From Octopus sinensis (Eukaryota), in contig NC_043023.1 of NCBI RefSeq assembly GCF_006345805.1, forward strand, positions 18,166,001 through 18,230,000: 64,000 nt of DNA, in the 5' to 3' direction. Of the stretch, positions 42,973 to 56,630 are shown piece after piece; the stretch's first letter is position 1; every line of letters begins with the position of its first letter. Below the pieces are notes generated by a model that saw only the letters and a program-made list of their open reading frames with translations, was not told the DNA's origin and did not search any database. Position numbers and translations under genes: made by a program.

Positions 42973-43486
42973 GTAAGTTGAAACAATCTTATTTTATATA
43001 AATTTCATTGACGATATCTTTCTAATTCTGTAATGTCTACCCAAACATCAATTTAATCTACATAAACACTAAATAACATCCTTGAATAACGCTTGTAGCT
43101 GTATATTTAACCCCAGAGGATTCAGACGCCAATAAAATAAAAATTAGACAAAAATTCAGACAAAAAAAAATTTCACTTTTGTTTTTGTTGTTTTTGCTCT
43201 CCTATTCTTCTACTTTGTCCACTCTTCCTCGAGGCCATCGCAATAACTTAGGTCTTCATTCGCATTATCATCGCCATCACCATATTCTTCTTCTTCTTCT
43301 TCATCTTCTTCTACTTCATCTTCTTCTTCTCTTCTTCTTCTTCTTCTTCGTCTTCTTTATTTTCTTTTTCTTCTTTTCTCTTTATTTTCTTCTCCCTTCC
43401 CCTCTCTTTTTATTCTTCTTTTCTTCATCTTCCCTTCCCCTTCTTTGTTCCATAAATTTTCTTCTTAACACTAATTCATATTGCAG

Positions 43487-43558
43487 GGATTTGAGTAGTA
43501 ACGATATCCCGGAAATCAATGAGGAAGCCTTTCAAAATCTTTCCAGTTTAAAAACTCT
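43487..43558 (+). CDS. LRR exon 2 (type A): DLSSNDIPEINEEAFQNLSSLKTL
   Basis: GCAG| 72 nt |GTAAGT; 3 nt different from exon 1. Confidence 0.85.
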
Positions 43559-45215
43559 GTAAGTTGAAACAATCTTATTTTATATAAAATTTCACTGACG
43601 ATATCTTTCTAATTCTGTAATGTCTACCCAAACATCAATTTAATCTACATAAACACTAAATAACATCCTTGAATAACGCTTGTAGCTGTATATTTAGCCC
43701 CAGAGGATTCACACGCCAAAATACAAAAATTAGACAAAAATTCAGACAAAAACAAAAATTTCATTTTTTGCTCTCCTATTCTTCTACTTTGTCCACTCTT
43801 CCTCGAGGCCATCGCAATAAGTTAGGTCTTCATTCGCATTATCATTGCCATCACCATATTCTTCTTCTTCTTCTTCTTCTTCTTCTTCTTCTTCTTCTTC
43901 TTCTTCTTTTTCTTCTTCTTCTTCTTCTTCTTCTTATTTTTCTTTTCCTTCTTCTTCATTCTTCTTCTTTTTCTCCTTCTTCTTTTCCTTCTCCTTCTTC
44001 TTCTTCTTCTTCTTCTTCTTCTTCTTCTCTTCTTCTTCTTCTTCTTCTTCTCCTCCTTCTTCTTTTTCTTCTTCCACATCTTTTTCTCCCTCTTCCACTT
44101 CGTTTTTTCTTCTTACTCTCTTTCCCCTTCTTCTCTTGTACCCCATCATCTTCCAATCCATCTTCTTCCTCGTCTTCAACTAATCCTTCGTTTCTTTCTG
44201 TACATTTTTGTTTTTGTTGTTTTTGTTCTCCTATTCTTCTACTTTGTCCACTCTTCCTCGAGGGCATCGCAATAACTTAGGTCTTCGCATTATCATTGCC
44301 GTCACCAAATTCTTCTTCTTCTTCTTCTTCTTCTTCTTCTTCTTTTTCTTCTTCTTCTTCTTCTTATTCTTTTTCTCCTTCTTATTCTTTTCCTTCTCCT
44401 TCTTCTTCTTCTTTTTCTTCTTCTTTTTCTTCTTTTTCTTCTTCTTCTTCTTCTCCTTCTTCTTTTTCTTTTCCTTCTTGTTCTTCTTCTTCTTCTTCTT
44501 CTTCTTCTTCTTTTTCTTCTTCTACTTCTCCTCTTTCTCCTCCTTCTTGTTCTCCTCCACCCCCTCCTTATTCTTCTTCTCCTTCTCCTCTTTCTCCTCA
44601 TCCCCCTTCTTCTTCTCCTCCTCCTCTTCCTCCTCATCCTCCTTCTTCTTCATTTTCTTCTTCTTCTTCTTCTTCTTTCTTCTTCTTATTTCTTCTTCTT
44701 AATCTTCTTCTTCTTCTTGTTGAAGATATATTGTTGAATTTTGTTCGATTCTTATTGCAAAATTACGTATTTTTATATATATTTATATTTTCTTATAAGA
44801 TAATATAAGTACATTTATTTAATTATTTTATAGTTTTTAATATAGAACTGATGAGTGACTATATTTAAATTGAATTGATTTTACTGTTATCGGTTTGAAT
44901 ATATTGCTACGACACACGTGTAGTCTATTTACTAATTATGTACTATCTATTTGTTATTTCGTACCTTATTAAGTTCTAGTTAAATGTTTTGTCGTATCAT
45001 ATTTCTCTATATGGTATGATTTAATTATATCATTGTTGAATTGCTACATGGTGGTTCTTTACTAATATACATATATGATATTCTAACAGTATTTTATAGT
45101 TCATCAGAAAACACTTCTCGTCATCTTACATTGTATTTTATAAACATTCGCTAATCATAATATTTTACAATAATCCTCTCTCCATAACCCTATCAACTAA
45201 CATTTTATATTACAG

Positions 45216-45287
45216 ACTCTTGGCTGAAAATAATATCGACAAAATTCAAGTAGGAGCTTTCGATGATCTTCCCAGTTTAATAGATCT
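45216..45287 (+). CDS. LRR exon 3 (type B): LLAENNIDKIQVGAFDDLPSLIDL
   Basis: CTAAC branch-like + TTACAG| 72 nt |GTAAGT. Confidence 0.93.
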
Positions 45288-46411
45288 GTAAGTTAGCTAA
45301 GTCTTGTTGAAAATATTTCTTTGAGAATATATTACTAAGTATTTAATATATTTCCCCATTTTGTTTCGCGTGCCTCCCTTGTTTCTCCTTATATTCTCAA
45401 TCACCCCAGATAGAAATGTGTGATTGTTTGTGAATGCCTGTAAATAAGAGTGTCTGTAAACGTGTCATAATATAAATGTATTGGTATATACATAATTACG
45501 TGTCTGTGTGTCTGTGTGTGTATGTGTTTTTTTTATGAGCGAATCGATAAGAGCGTTTCTATTTGTGTTTCGATTTCTCTCTGTATATTATTTATTGCAT
45601 TTATCTCTAAAACAACGGTGATTACCATCCATGACTCTCCCTACTAATTACATATTTTAGGAGTACGTTATTAATATGAATGTATTTTAGACTTCATTTC
45701 CTCCTCCTCACTCTTCCTCCCCTTTCACTTCTCCATTTTCTACTTTCTTTCACTTATTCCTCCTCTTACTACTACTATTCTCCTTCCTCTTAAAATCATT
45801 CGTTTTATTTTCATACTTCTAATTCGTCTTCTTAATTTTCTACAGCTTCTTCTATTTTGTCTTTTTTCTTCCCTTTTTTCTTTTCCTTGGCTTGCATTTT
45901 ATTTTCTTCTTTTTCATATTCTTCTTGTTGTTCTTGTTCTTCGTATTCTTCTTCGTTTTCTTCTACGTCTTCTTTTTCTTCTTCCGTTTTTTGTCATCAT
46001 CTTCTTCGTTTTCTTGTCCTTCTACTTACTCTTCTTCATCATCTTCTTCTCCTCCCTCTTCATCGTTTTCTTCTTGGCATCATGCTTCTTCTTCTCCTTC
46101 TCATTCTTCCATTAGATCGGGGGAAATGTGTAATTGTTGTTGTTCTTGTTTTCTTCTTTTCTTCGCCTTTGATATCTTCTTGTCCTCAATTTTCATATTT
46201 TCTTTCCCCTATTGCTCCTTCTCTTTCTACTATTTTCTTTCTTTCTTTCTTTCTTCTTCTTCTTCTTGTTTCTCTCCCTCTCTTTCTTCTGCATTTCCTG
46301 CCCTCCTTCTCCTCCTCCTCCGCCATCTTTATTGTCATCCATCACGTTTTTGCTCCATTTTATGGAAGAGAGAGAGACACCACTTCAAATACACACACAT
46401 TTTGATATACA

Positions 46412-46502
<91 letters not shown>

Positions 46503-46856
46503 ATATTTAAATTATAGTACATTTCAGTCGGCAGAAAATGAAAAATGCCTAAACGAACTTTGGAATGCTAATATCGATACTTAGATATTTATATAGGGTA
46601 GTAAAGTTTTACAAATTTCACTACCAGTGGCCTAGAATGCATAAAATGTAAATAGACGACATATTATTCAATATAAAGTGGGATAAATTCTCCATCTCTT
46701 CTACCTTTCCTCTTGCACCCATTTATTTTCCACCTTTAATTTTCTTCCTTTAATCCTTTCATTTATCTTTCAGTTCTGTTAATACTATTATGTGTTTTAA
46801 TTCTGCTTCATGATCGCCATCTTATAATTCTATTTTTAAAACAATTATTTTGACAG

Positions 46857-46928
46857 GAATTTGAGTGGTAATAAAATCAAAGAAATCAAAGTAGAAACAT
46901 TCCGGAATCTTTCCACTTTAATACGGCT
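46857..46928 (+). CDS. LRR exon 4 (type A): NLSGNKIKEIKVETFRNLSTLIRL
   Basis: GACAG| 72 nt |GTGAGT. Confidence 0.93.
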
Positions 46929-47445
46929 GTGAGTTGGAGAATACTTTTTTTTATATTACTTCATTGACGATATGATACTATACTATAATCATGTTTCAGG
47001 CCGTCAACTAAAATTCATTCACACTAAAGTTTTGAAGTCATGTTTTATTTTTTTCAATTTTATTTAAAAAAAAACATCATTGTTTTCATTCTCACCATCA
47101 TTATCTTCATCATTGCCACAATTATCGTCATCAGTATCCTTACCACAAACTTCATCGTCATCACCAGCAGCAGCATTAGCATCATCAACCCTACCACTAT
47201 TCTCTTATCCACAGCCACTTCCATATATTCACCCACACCACTACGACAACTTCCAGCACCATCCTTCCCTCCGGCTTCATATTCTCATTCTTCATATTAT
47301 CATCATCATTCTCATCTACTTTTCTCTCCTACATCAATTTTTCATCAATATTTTCCAGTTTATGAGAAACATTTCTCATCATTTCGTATTGGGATTTTGT
47401 TTGCAAGATTCTTTATATGAGTTTGTGTGTTGAAACATATTCTGT

Positions 47446-47680
47446 TGTGTCTGGGGAGAGTCATTTTCTTTTTTGCCTTATAATGTAACACACTCACCGG
47501 TAAAATTTCACGTATTTCTTATTTTTATTTTCTTAAAATTTTCGTTGCATCTTGCTACCTTTTCAAGACAATTAAAATTTTTGCACGACGCAACAAAGAA
47601 TTTTTAGGAAAATAAAAATAAGAAATAAGTGGAAATCTTACCGGTGAGGCACAAAAAGAAAATTACTCTCCCTAGACACA
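47446..47680. mobile_element. Fold-back MITE-like element; second copy 61418-61581, single arm ~25155-25270
   Basis: Arm TGTGTCTGGGGAGAGTCATTTTCT...CACCGGTAAAATTT and its reverse complement ...ACTCTCCCTAGACACA. Confidence 0.75.
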
Positions 47681-47784
47681 GTTTATCATCTTACATTCTA
47701 TTTTATGAATATTTCACTGATAATAATGTTTTACAATAAAATTTTTCCCTACGAAATCATATAAACTAACCTTTTATATTACAG

Positions 47785-47856
47785 AGATTTGATGAAAAAT
47801 AATATCAAGACAATTCCAGTTGGAACTTTCGATGATTTTCCCGGGTTAAGTTTTCT
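47785..47856 (+). CDS. LRR exon 5 (type B): DLMKNNIKTIPVGTFDDFPGLSFL
   Basis: CTAAC + TTACAG| 72 nt |GTAAGT. Confidence 0.93.
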
Positions 47857-48125
47857 GTAAGTCTTGTGCATAAGATTTCTCTTTCACTCTTTTACTCTTT
47901 TACTTGTTGTTTCAGTCATTTGACTGTGGCTATGCTGGAGCACCACTTTTTAGTCGAGCAAATCGACCCTAAGACTTATTCTTTGTAAGCCTACTACTTA
48001 TTCTATCGGTCTCTTTTGCCGAACCGCTAGGTTTCGGGATGTAAACACACCAGCATCGGTTGTCAAGCGATGTTGGGGGGACAAACACAGACACATAGAC
48101 AAACACACACACAACATATATATAC

Positions 48126-48157
<32 letters not shown>

Positions 48158-48175
48158 GTATATATATATATTATA

Positions 48176-48220
<45 letters not shown>

Positions 48221-48283
48221 GTATGTATATATATGTATATATGTATGTATATATATATATGTATATATATATATATGTATATA

Positions 48284-48336
<53 letters not shown>

Positions 48337-48363
48337 GTATATATATATACATGTATATATATG

Positions 48364-48400
<37 letters not shown>

Positions 48401-49254
48401 ATAGTCTAACATCATTAATTCTCAAATTAAATAATATGGAAAACGTTAAAATCTTTTATAACAATTAAACGTCGGACGTAAAAAATACCATCAAGAAACT
48501 ATAAATAAGTATTAATATTACAAGAAGCAGTAATAATATCAACAATAATAATAATAATTTGAAACACACAACTATTCAAAATTCAAATGAAATAGTGAAA
48601 CGATAAAAAGTCAAACTTAGCTTTTTCTTCTTTCTTCTTCTTCTTCTTACTTTTCTTCTTTATCTTCTACTACCTCTTCTTTTTCCTCGTCGTCTTTTCT
48701 GTCATCTCTTATAGCTGTTGTTCTTTTCCCTTTTCCTCTCCTACTTTTCTACATTTTCTTCCGCTTTTTCTTTCCCTTCTTTCCTTTTCCTCGATTCCTT
48801 CTTTAATTTTTCTTTCACTTCTTTCACTTCTGCTATTTACCTTACGTCTGTTTCATTACTGTCAGCTTATTCTTTATGTTCTACGCATCCTTCTTACTTT
48901 TAGCTTCTTTCACATTTTACCCCACTTCATCGTCTTTTACATCTCACACTCCCCTTCCCAACCGACCAGCCAATTTTTTACTTCTTGTTTCCATTATTGT
49001 CCTTCTGTCTGTTTATTTTCCTGGGGCTTCTTCTCTTTCTCCTCCTTCATCCCCAAACCCACCTTCCCTTCTACGTCTTTTCAATCTTCTTTTTATTCTC
49101 CTCCTTTTCATTCACCATCTCTTTCCAAGCTTCAAACTTTTTTCAGTCTGTCGTCTCAAATTTCCTTCAGATCACGTTTCTCCTGAATTCTTTTCGTTTC
49201 TTCATTAATAATAATTTCGTTACAAATTTTACTTGACTCAATTTCACTTCACAG

Positions 49255-49326
49255 GTATTTGAGTGGTAATTCGATCAAAGAAATCAAAGTAGAAACATTC
49301 CGAAATCTTTCCAGTTTAACAGAACT
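49255..49326 (+). CDS. LRR exon 6 (type A): YLSGNSIKEIKVETFRNLSSLTEL
   Basis: CACAG| 72 nt |GTAAGT. Confidence 0.93.
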
Positions 49327-49525
49327 GTAAGTTAAATAATCCTTTTTTTATATAACTTCATTGACGATATATTGCTAAATACGTAATGAGTTGACAGCCT
49401 TCATTTTAATCTCCCTCACTCACCTTTACATTTTTTAACAGTTTCTCGCCAAAGTGAATATTGGTGAGAGTGTGATAAATGAAGGCAAGCACGTATAGCA
49501 TGCATATATATATATGTATATATAC

Positions 49526-49586
<61 letters not shown>

Positions 49587-49603
49587 AATATATATATATA
49601 CAA

Positions 49604-49634
<31 letters not shown>

Positions 49635-49882
49635 TAGATAGATAGATAGATAGATAGAGATAGATGGATGGATGGATGGATGGTTGGATAGATAGATAGA
49701 CAGACAGACACACAGACACACAGACACACAGACAGATAGATTGATAGATACAAAACAAAGCAATAGCTACTGCTACTACTAATAATACTACTACTAATGC
49801 TAGTACTAGAATTACTACTACTAATATGCTTACTACTACAACTACAATTACTAGTAGTAGGAGTAGGAGTAGGAGTAGTAGC

Positions 49883-49913
<31 letters not shown>

Positions 49914-50522
49914 ATAGTAGTGCTTCTTTTTCTTATTCTTCGTCTCTTCATTCTCCTTTTTCTTCGATTTCTATGTCTACTTTTTCTTTACCTTTCATTA
50001 CATCATCATCATCATCATCTTCTTCTTCTTCTTCTTCTTCTTCTTCTTCTTCTTTTCCGCTCTCCCCATTCCTCATCAGCATCATAATATCTTCGTCATC
50101 AAGACTGCAACCATTTATCCTTTTCCTCTGCCTCATCCCCTTATTCATCACCACCACAATCACAACGTGCTCCACCAGCTCTACCACTTCCTTTTCATTA
50201 TCGTCCTCATCATCATCATCAGCAGCAGCAGCATCAACATCATCAACTTCATCATCGTCACCACCATCATCATGAACTAATCATCATCAGTTTTCTAATT
50301 TTCAACCCTTCCATCATTTAATTGTTGAGCAAAAATCATATCACGAATATTTTCTATAGAATTGTATGTGAACGTCTCTGAATACGAGCGAGGTCCCATT
50401 CCTGAGATTTCGGATCTATGAGTGTACAGCAATTGGGAGGAAATGTTAAATGAAAACGTGTTTATGTATATATGTAGGTCTGCTCTCTATGTAATCATAT
50501 CAACTAATATTTTATGTTATAG

Positions 50523-50594
50523 ATTTTTGAATGAAAATGATATCGAAAACATTCAAGTAGGAACTTTCGATGATTTGCTCAGTTTAAGAGCTCT
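50523..50594 (+). CDS. LRR exon 7 (type B): FLNENDIENIQVGTFDDLLSLRAL
   Basis: TTATAG| 72 nt |GTAAGT. Confidence 0.93.
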
Positions 50595-51879
50595 GTAAGT
50601 TAACTAAGTTTTACTCATTATATTTCATTGACAATGTATTACCAAATATTTGATATTTTCCCATTTTGTACCGCGTGCCATCCTTGCTTCTCTTTACATT
50701 CTCAATATCCTTAGAAATGTGTGATTGTTTGTGAATGTCTGTAAATATGAATGTCTGTGAGTGTGTCCGAATATAAATGTGTATCGACATGTACAACATT
50801 TTCCCTATCTGCGTGAATACATATATGCATCTCTTTTTGTATGAGCGAATCTATAGGGGTGTATCGATTTGTGTTTGTGTTTCCATATGTATGACATTTA
50901 ATGTGTTTATTTCTATATCAACGTTGATTACCATCCATGACTCGCCCTTCTAATTGCATGTTTAAGAGTTCGTTATTAATATTAATGTTTTTATATTTAA
51001 CAACATTTATCAATTTTCCTTCTTTTACATTTTCCTTTCCTTTTTCTTTTCTTCTTTTTCTTCTTCTTTTTTCTTCTTCTTCGCTTTCTTCTTCTTCTCT
51101 TTCTTCTTCTTCTTCTTCTTCTTCTTCTTCTCTTCTCCTGCTCCTCCTCCTACTTCTTCGTCTGTTCAATTAAATTTGTCGTATTATTCAGCACATATGT
51201 TGGCCTTCAAGGCTTTTCCAAGAACTGTGCCATTACTTACCATTTTGCCCATAAAATGCGATGATATCTTTCTTGGGACACCACGTTCAATTTTCGAAGT
51301 TTCCTTTAATCTGGGCTTTCTTATTTTCTCCATGTATCTGCATTAATTATCGTAATATCATTACTCGTATGCAAATTATGTGCCAAATTATTCATTTTTC
51401 TGAAAATAATTTCTTTTATGAGGCTCACCTCGGATTTCTTTTCACAATACACTCTTGCCAAAATTTCCTTCGTTCCACCATTTTCTTTTGCTCTACAATG
51501 TGAGATTTTTTTCCGATTTTTCCAGTCAAAACATTTTAGACTTTAAAACGGAGAGTCCGCATCAATTGTATGGATTCAGTCATGACATTGTTTTTTGTTT
51601 CTGTTATCTTAACTGCTAAAGGTCTTTTATCTTATCGGTTACGCACGAATATACGAGCAATCTTTTCAATTTTATCAGTACATTGTCTTAAATTTGCAAT
51701 CCTCTGTCATTCTTCTGCTACTGCCTGTAGAGTTAATTGTTTCGTTCTGTTCTTATTTTATTAATATCCGGTGCTGTAACGTAGTTACTCATGGCCGGAT
51801 GTTGTATCCTCCGTCAGCAAATGTCGTGATATCGATACGATATTGTGGTGGATGGTTTATATACACTATACCAGTGCTT

Positions 51880-52700
51880 CAACAGTAAACAAGATAACGA
51901 TGCAGTCGTAATAACAACATAACAAACTAACAATCTCTTCACGAACCAACAATCAATATTCCAAAGGTACTAAGCTACCAAACCTCTGACTTTACTGCGA
52001 ACTGACACACAAACTTCACTCCGACTGCTACTATTTATAATTGCTCAGTCCAGTCTATTCTTCGTAAGAGGGTGTAGTAACTCGCATCACAACATCCGGG
52101 AACTTACATCTGCATCCTTGCTTGTTAGCGCTTGAACAAAAATTAGACATTTGAACATATCCGGGGTTAATTCATTTAATTCGAAATTTTCACCACACTC
52201 TCTGTTAACAACCTCAGCATCGTTGACAAAATCCTTATCATCGTTTTTAACCAAATTTAAATACTGTCAGCGAGTATTGAACAGGGAACTCCTTTCAGAG
52301 AAGATTTTCTATAAAAATGAATTGTTTCCTCGAATCAAATCCCACTTGCTTTCTTCGACGTAATATAATTATTATATTTTTCGTGTTTGGCAAGGCAGGG
52401 AATAACTTGCTTAAAAGAAGTCGTACTCTTTCTCGTAAGACCAATTTTACATCCTTCTTTGAAGATTTCTTCGTATCTGAGAAATGATGCTGAGAAAGTA
52501 ATTGATTCTTCAAGATTATAACTGAGTTCATCAATTGAATTACCTACGTATCTGGCGAGTAAAACCATGGAGTATTTCCCGACCTCTTCAACATTAATTC
52601 CAACAACTATTGGCTTTGTTGTTGTTGTTGCCTTTGTTTTTCTTGTTATTTTAGTTGCTAGATCATGATAATATTTTTTTCTTTGATATTGCAAAAAGAC
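51880..52700 (-). mobile_element. Gypsy-type gag remnant plus LTR-like segment
   Basis: SLFNTR*QYLNLVKNDDKDFVNDAEVVNRECGENFELNELTPDMFKCLIFVQALT is typical invertebrate Gypsy gag; 51880-52096 resembles 54500-54783. Confidence 0.7.
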
Positions 52701-53076
52701 ATTCTAAACGTCCAGCGCAAGCTTCGAACAAATCGACGCCATTTTAAAATCCTAGATGTATTCATCCGACGCACTTTGATTATTATTACACAAGTTACAC
52801 AAGGTTAAACGATCTCTGTGAAGAGCTCAGAGCGAAATGTATTCCAAACAATTGCTCACAACTAATTTCTGACGATTCGACAATTGTCCATTTAACAGAA
52901 ATTTGTCAGTCCACCTTCGTCACTTTGGGGCTAGGGTGTGGACGGAATAATTCTACTACACTTACTCTCTTTTTTTTTACTCTTTTAGTTGTTTCAGTCA
53001 TTTGACTGCGGCCATGCTGGAGCACCGCCTTTAAGGGCTGGAGCACCGCCTTGTCAATTAAAATTTTATATTACAG

Positions 53077-53149
53077 TCATTTGAATGAAAATAATACCCG
53101 ACAAAATTCAGGTAGGAACCATCGATGACCTGCCCAGTTTAGGATATCA
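53077..53149 (+). pseudogene. Dead type-B LRR pseudo-exon
   Basis: TTACAG| then 73 nt homologous to exons 3/7 with a 1-nt insertion (ATC to ACCC); donor CT|GTAAGT changed to CA|TTAAGT. Confidence 0.85.
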
Positions 53150-53399
53150 TTAAGTTGGATAAGTCCTGATAATACTTCATTGACAATATATTACCACAAA
53201 TGAGGCGAGCTGGCAGAAACGATAGCATACCGTGCGAAATGTATAGCGTCTGTTTTTTACATTCTGTTTTTATGTTCTGAGTTCAAATTCTGCCGAGGTC
53301 GATTTTGCCTTTCATATTTTCGGCGTCAAAATATTAAGTACTGGTTGCGTACCCTCATTTGGCATTCTCCTACCACCTACTCTAAGGTTAGATCTTAGT

Positions 53400-54783
53400 T
53401 TTCTTGTTCCAATTTAGAACGAATTCCAGCCCGAATCTCTGTATCTCCGCTTGCTGTAAGGCCTTGTACGAAAGTAAGCCATTTGAACATCTCAGGTGTA
53501 AGTTCTTTGAGTTTAAATCTTTCACACCTCATGCTGACTGTTCTTGTGTATGTCATAAAAATCATCATTCTCTTTTTTCGTTATATTCCAACACTTTATT
53601 TGAGTGTTAAATAGAGAAGATTTATCTATGAATATGTTAGACAGTAAATCTACTTTTTATTTAAAACGAATTTCATTGGAATCGGGTAACATGGAATTCC
53701 AGGAACTTTCATGCTCTAACAGAGATAATTTCGAAATAACAATCTCACTTTTTGTTCGTCTGAACATGATTTGCAATCTTGCTTAAAACTCTCCTCGTGC
53801 CTTCTGTAATACGAAGCAATTGTTATCCCCTTCTCTGGGTTATAACTGAATTCCTTTGGCGGCGAGCTTGCAGACACGTTAGCGCGCCGGGCAAAATGCT
53901 TAGCGGTATTTCGTCTGCCGTTACGTTGTGAGTTCAAATTCCGCCGAGGTCGACTTTACCTTTCATACATTCGGGGTCGATTACATCGTACCAGTTACGC
54001 ACTGGGGTCGATATAATCGACTTAATGCCTATGTCTGTCCTTGTTTGTCCCCTCAATGTTTAGGCCCTTGTGGGTAATAAAGAAATAGGTATTTCGTCTG
54101 CCGTTGCGTTCTGAGTTCAAATTCCGCCAAGGTCGACTTTGCCTTTCATCCTTTCAGGGTCGATAAATAAAGTACCAGTCTCGCACTGGCGTCGATGTAA
54201 TCGACTTAATCCGTTTGTCTGTCCTTGTTTGTCCCCTCTATGTTTAGCCCCTTTTGAGTAATAAATAAATATATAACTGAATTCGTTAATCGAGTTCAAA
54301 ATGGCGTCTGGCGAAAACAAACTTATGTAGTTTTGGGACTTCTTTGAATATAGCTCCAATAATTGTTGTTGTTGCTTCTGCTACTTTTGTTATTTCTCCT
54401 ATTCTTGCATTTGCAACTGTACTATGGAAGCTAACAGGTCCTCCCTTATTTAACAAGTTGTATGACAAAACAATATGTTAAACAACTTACATGACCCTCG
54501 AAAGGCCCGTCGCCAGACGTTATAACTTAATTGTTACATACAATAAATAAGATCACCAGACTACAGTAACGGCAACGTATCGAACTAACAAATCTCTTTA
54601 CGAAGCAACGATCAATATTCCTTGTGAATTAACCAACCGACATCCTACGACTTCACTGCGAGCTAACACGAACTTTACTCGACTCCAAACTCCGGACACT
54701 GAACTCACTCGGATCGTTACTATTCATACTTTACTTGCACCAGTCTATCTCTCGCAAGGGGGCGTCGCAACTCTGACCACAAC
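53400..54783 (-). mobile_element. Gypsy-type LTR + PBS + gag remnant, interrupted by a SINE
   Basis: LTR-like segment starting TGTTGTG on - strand, PBS-like TGGCGACG after it, gag INEFSYNPEKGITIASYYRRHEESF...KVRLL. Confidence 0.7.
53854..54271 (+). mobile_element. Dimeric SINE family 2 with 13-bp target-site duplication
   Basis: TATAACTGAATTC at 53841-53853 and 54272-54284; body repeated in tandem. Confidence 0.88.
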
Positions 54784-54803
54784 AACTCAAACACTTTTTC
54801 CCT

Positions 54804-54880
<77 letters not shown>

Positions 54881-55020
54881 CTACTACTACTGCTACTACT
54901 GCTACTACTACTACTACTGCTACTACTACTGCTACTACTACTACTACTACTGCTACTACTGCTACTACTACTACTACTGCTACTACCACTACAACTACTA
55001 CTACTACTACTACTACTACT

Positions 55021-55058
<38 letters not shown>

Positions 55059-56174
55059 CTCTTATGCTCTTGACCCTTTTCAGATTTCTCCCTCTCTCCC
55101 CGTTATCTTCGTTGTAAATATTCTCTATATCCTTCTTTCTCTCTTTTCCTCCTTTTCTTCTTTCTGATTGTTTTCTAATTATTCTTTCTCTTCCTAAAAT
55201 TCTTCTCGACTAACTACAAAAAACGTATCATTAATTCTTCTTCTTCTTCTTCTTCTTCTTTCTTCTTCTTCTTCTTCTCTTCTTCTTCTTTTTCTTCTTC
55301 TTCGTCTTCGTTTAATTCTTATCCTTCTTCTTCAACTTCATCTTCTTCTTCTTCTTCTTCTTCTTCTTCGTCTTATAATTCTTATCCTTCTTCAATTTCA
55401 TCTTCTGTTTCATTATTTTCATCTTTCTCCACCTCCTCCTTCTTTATTCTTCTTCTTCTTCTTCTTCTTCTTCTTTTTCTTCCTCTTCTTTTTCTTCTTC
55501 TTCTTCTTCTTCTTCTTCGTCTTCGTCTTCTTCTTCTTCTTCGTTTTATTCTTATCCTTCTTCTTCAACTTCCTCTTTCCTTTCATTATTTTCATCTCCC
55601 CCCACCTTCTCCTTCCTTTTCTTCTTCTTCTTCTTCTTTTTCTTCTTCTTTTTCTTCTTCTTCTTCCTCTTCTTCTTCTTCTTCTAACTTCATCTTCCCT
55701 TTCATTATTTTCATCTCCCCCCACCTCACCCTTCCTTTTCTGCTTCTTCGTCTTCCTTTCCTTTTTCTCCTTCTGCTTCTTCGTCTTCTTCATTTTCTAC
55801 ACCACGTTCTTGTTCTCCTTCTTTGTCTCTTTTTCCACCTCTTTTTTTCTTTTTCTTCTTTTCCATTTCCTTCTACCTTTTCTTCTGCTCCTATTTATTT
55901 TTCCTTCTTTCCTTCTTCAATTCCTTCACTTCTATAAATTCATTCGATTATTTTATTTCTCCCTCATTCTCGTCATCTTTTCCCTTATTTTATACTCGTC
56001 CTTATTTTTACTTCTTCCAGATTTCATCCCACCTCATCGGATTTTACATTTCGCATTCTCGATTTCTGCCGACCTTTTAATATTTTGCTTGTCATCACAT
56101 TGTTTAGACATTATATTTAATATTCTGTTACAAATCAGATCGATACAAGTCCTTAACGTCATTTTATTTTACAG

Positions 56175-56246
56175 GCTTTTAAGTGAAAATAAGCTGAAGG
56201 AAATCAAAGGAGAAACATTCCAAAATCTTTCTAAGTTGACAACTCT
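56175..56246 (+). CDS. LRR exon 8 (type A): LLSENKLKEIKGETFQNLSKLTTL
   Basis: TTACAG| 72 nt |GTAAGT. Confidence 0.93.
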
Positions 56247-56356
56247 GTAAGTTTAATTATTCTTATTAATTGTATTTCATTGACGATATATTTCCTAATG
56301 TAAGGATTCCAATATTTCATTTCAAACTCACTCGCCCATCCTTCCCTGTACTATCA

Positions 56357-56443
<87 letters not shown>

Positions 56444-56630
56444 ACACACAATCTCTCTCTCTCTCTGTGTTTCTGTCTCTCTCCCACCCCCGTGTCTCTC
56501 CGATGGTAAGTGTAACTTATTGGTAAGTGACTGTAAATGTGAGTGTGGACACATTTCTAAGATTTGGGATATATGCGAGTTTGATACTTTAGGGAAAATA
56601 TTTTATGCACGCATGTGCTCATATATATAT

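Noticed and set aside
43669-46584. Poly-S/F/L and poly-K/R/E ORFs
   Set aside because: (TTC)n intronic tracts; only the 72-nt AG/GT-bounded segments have coding signature
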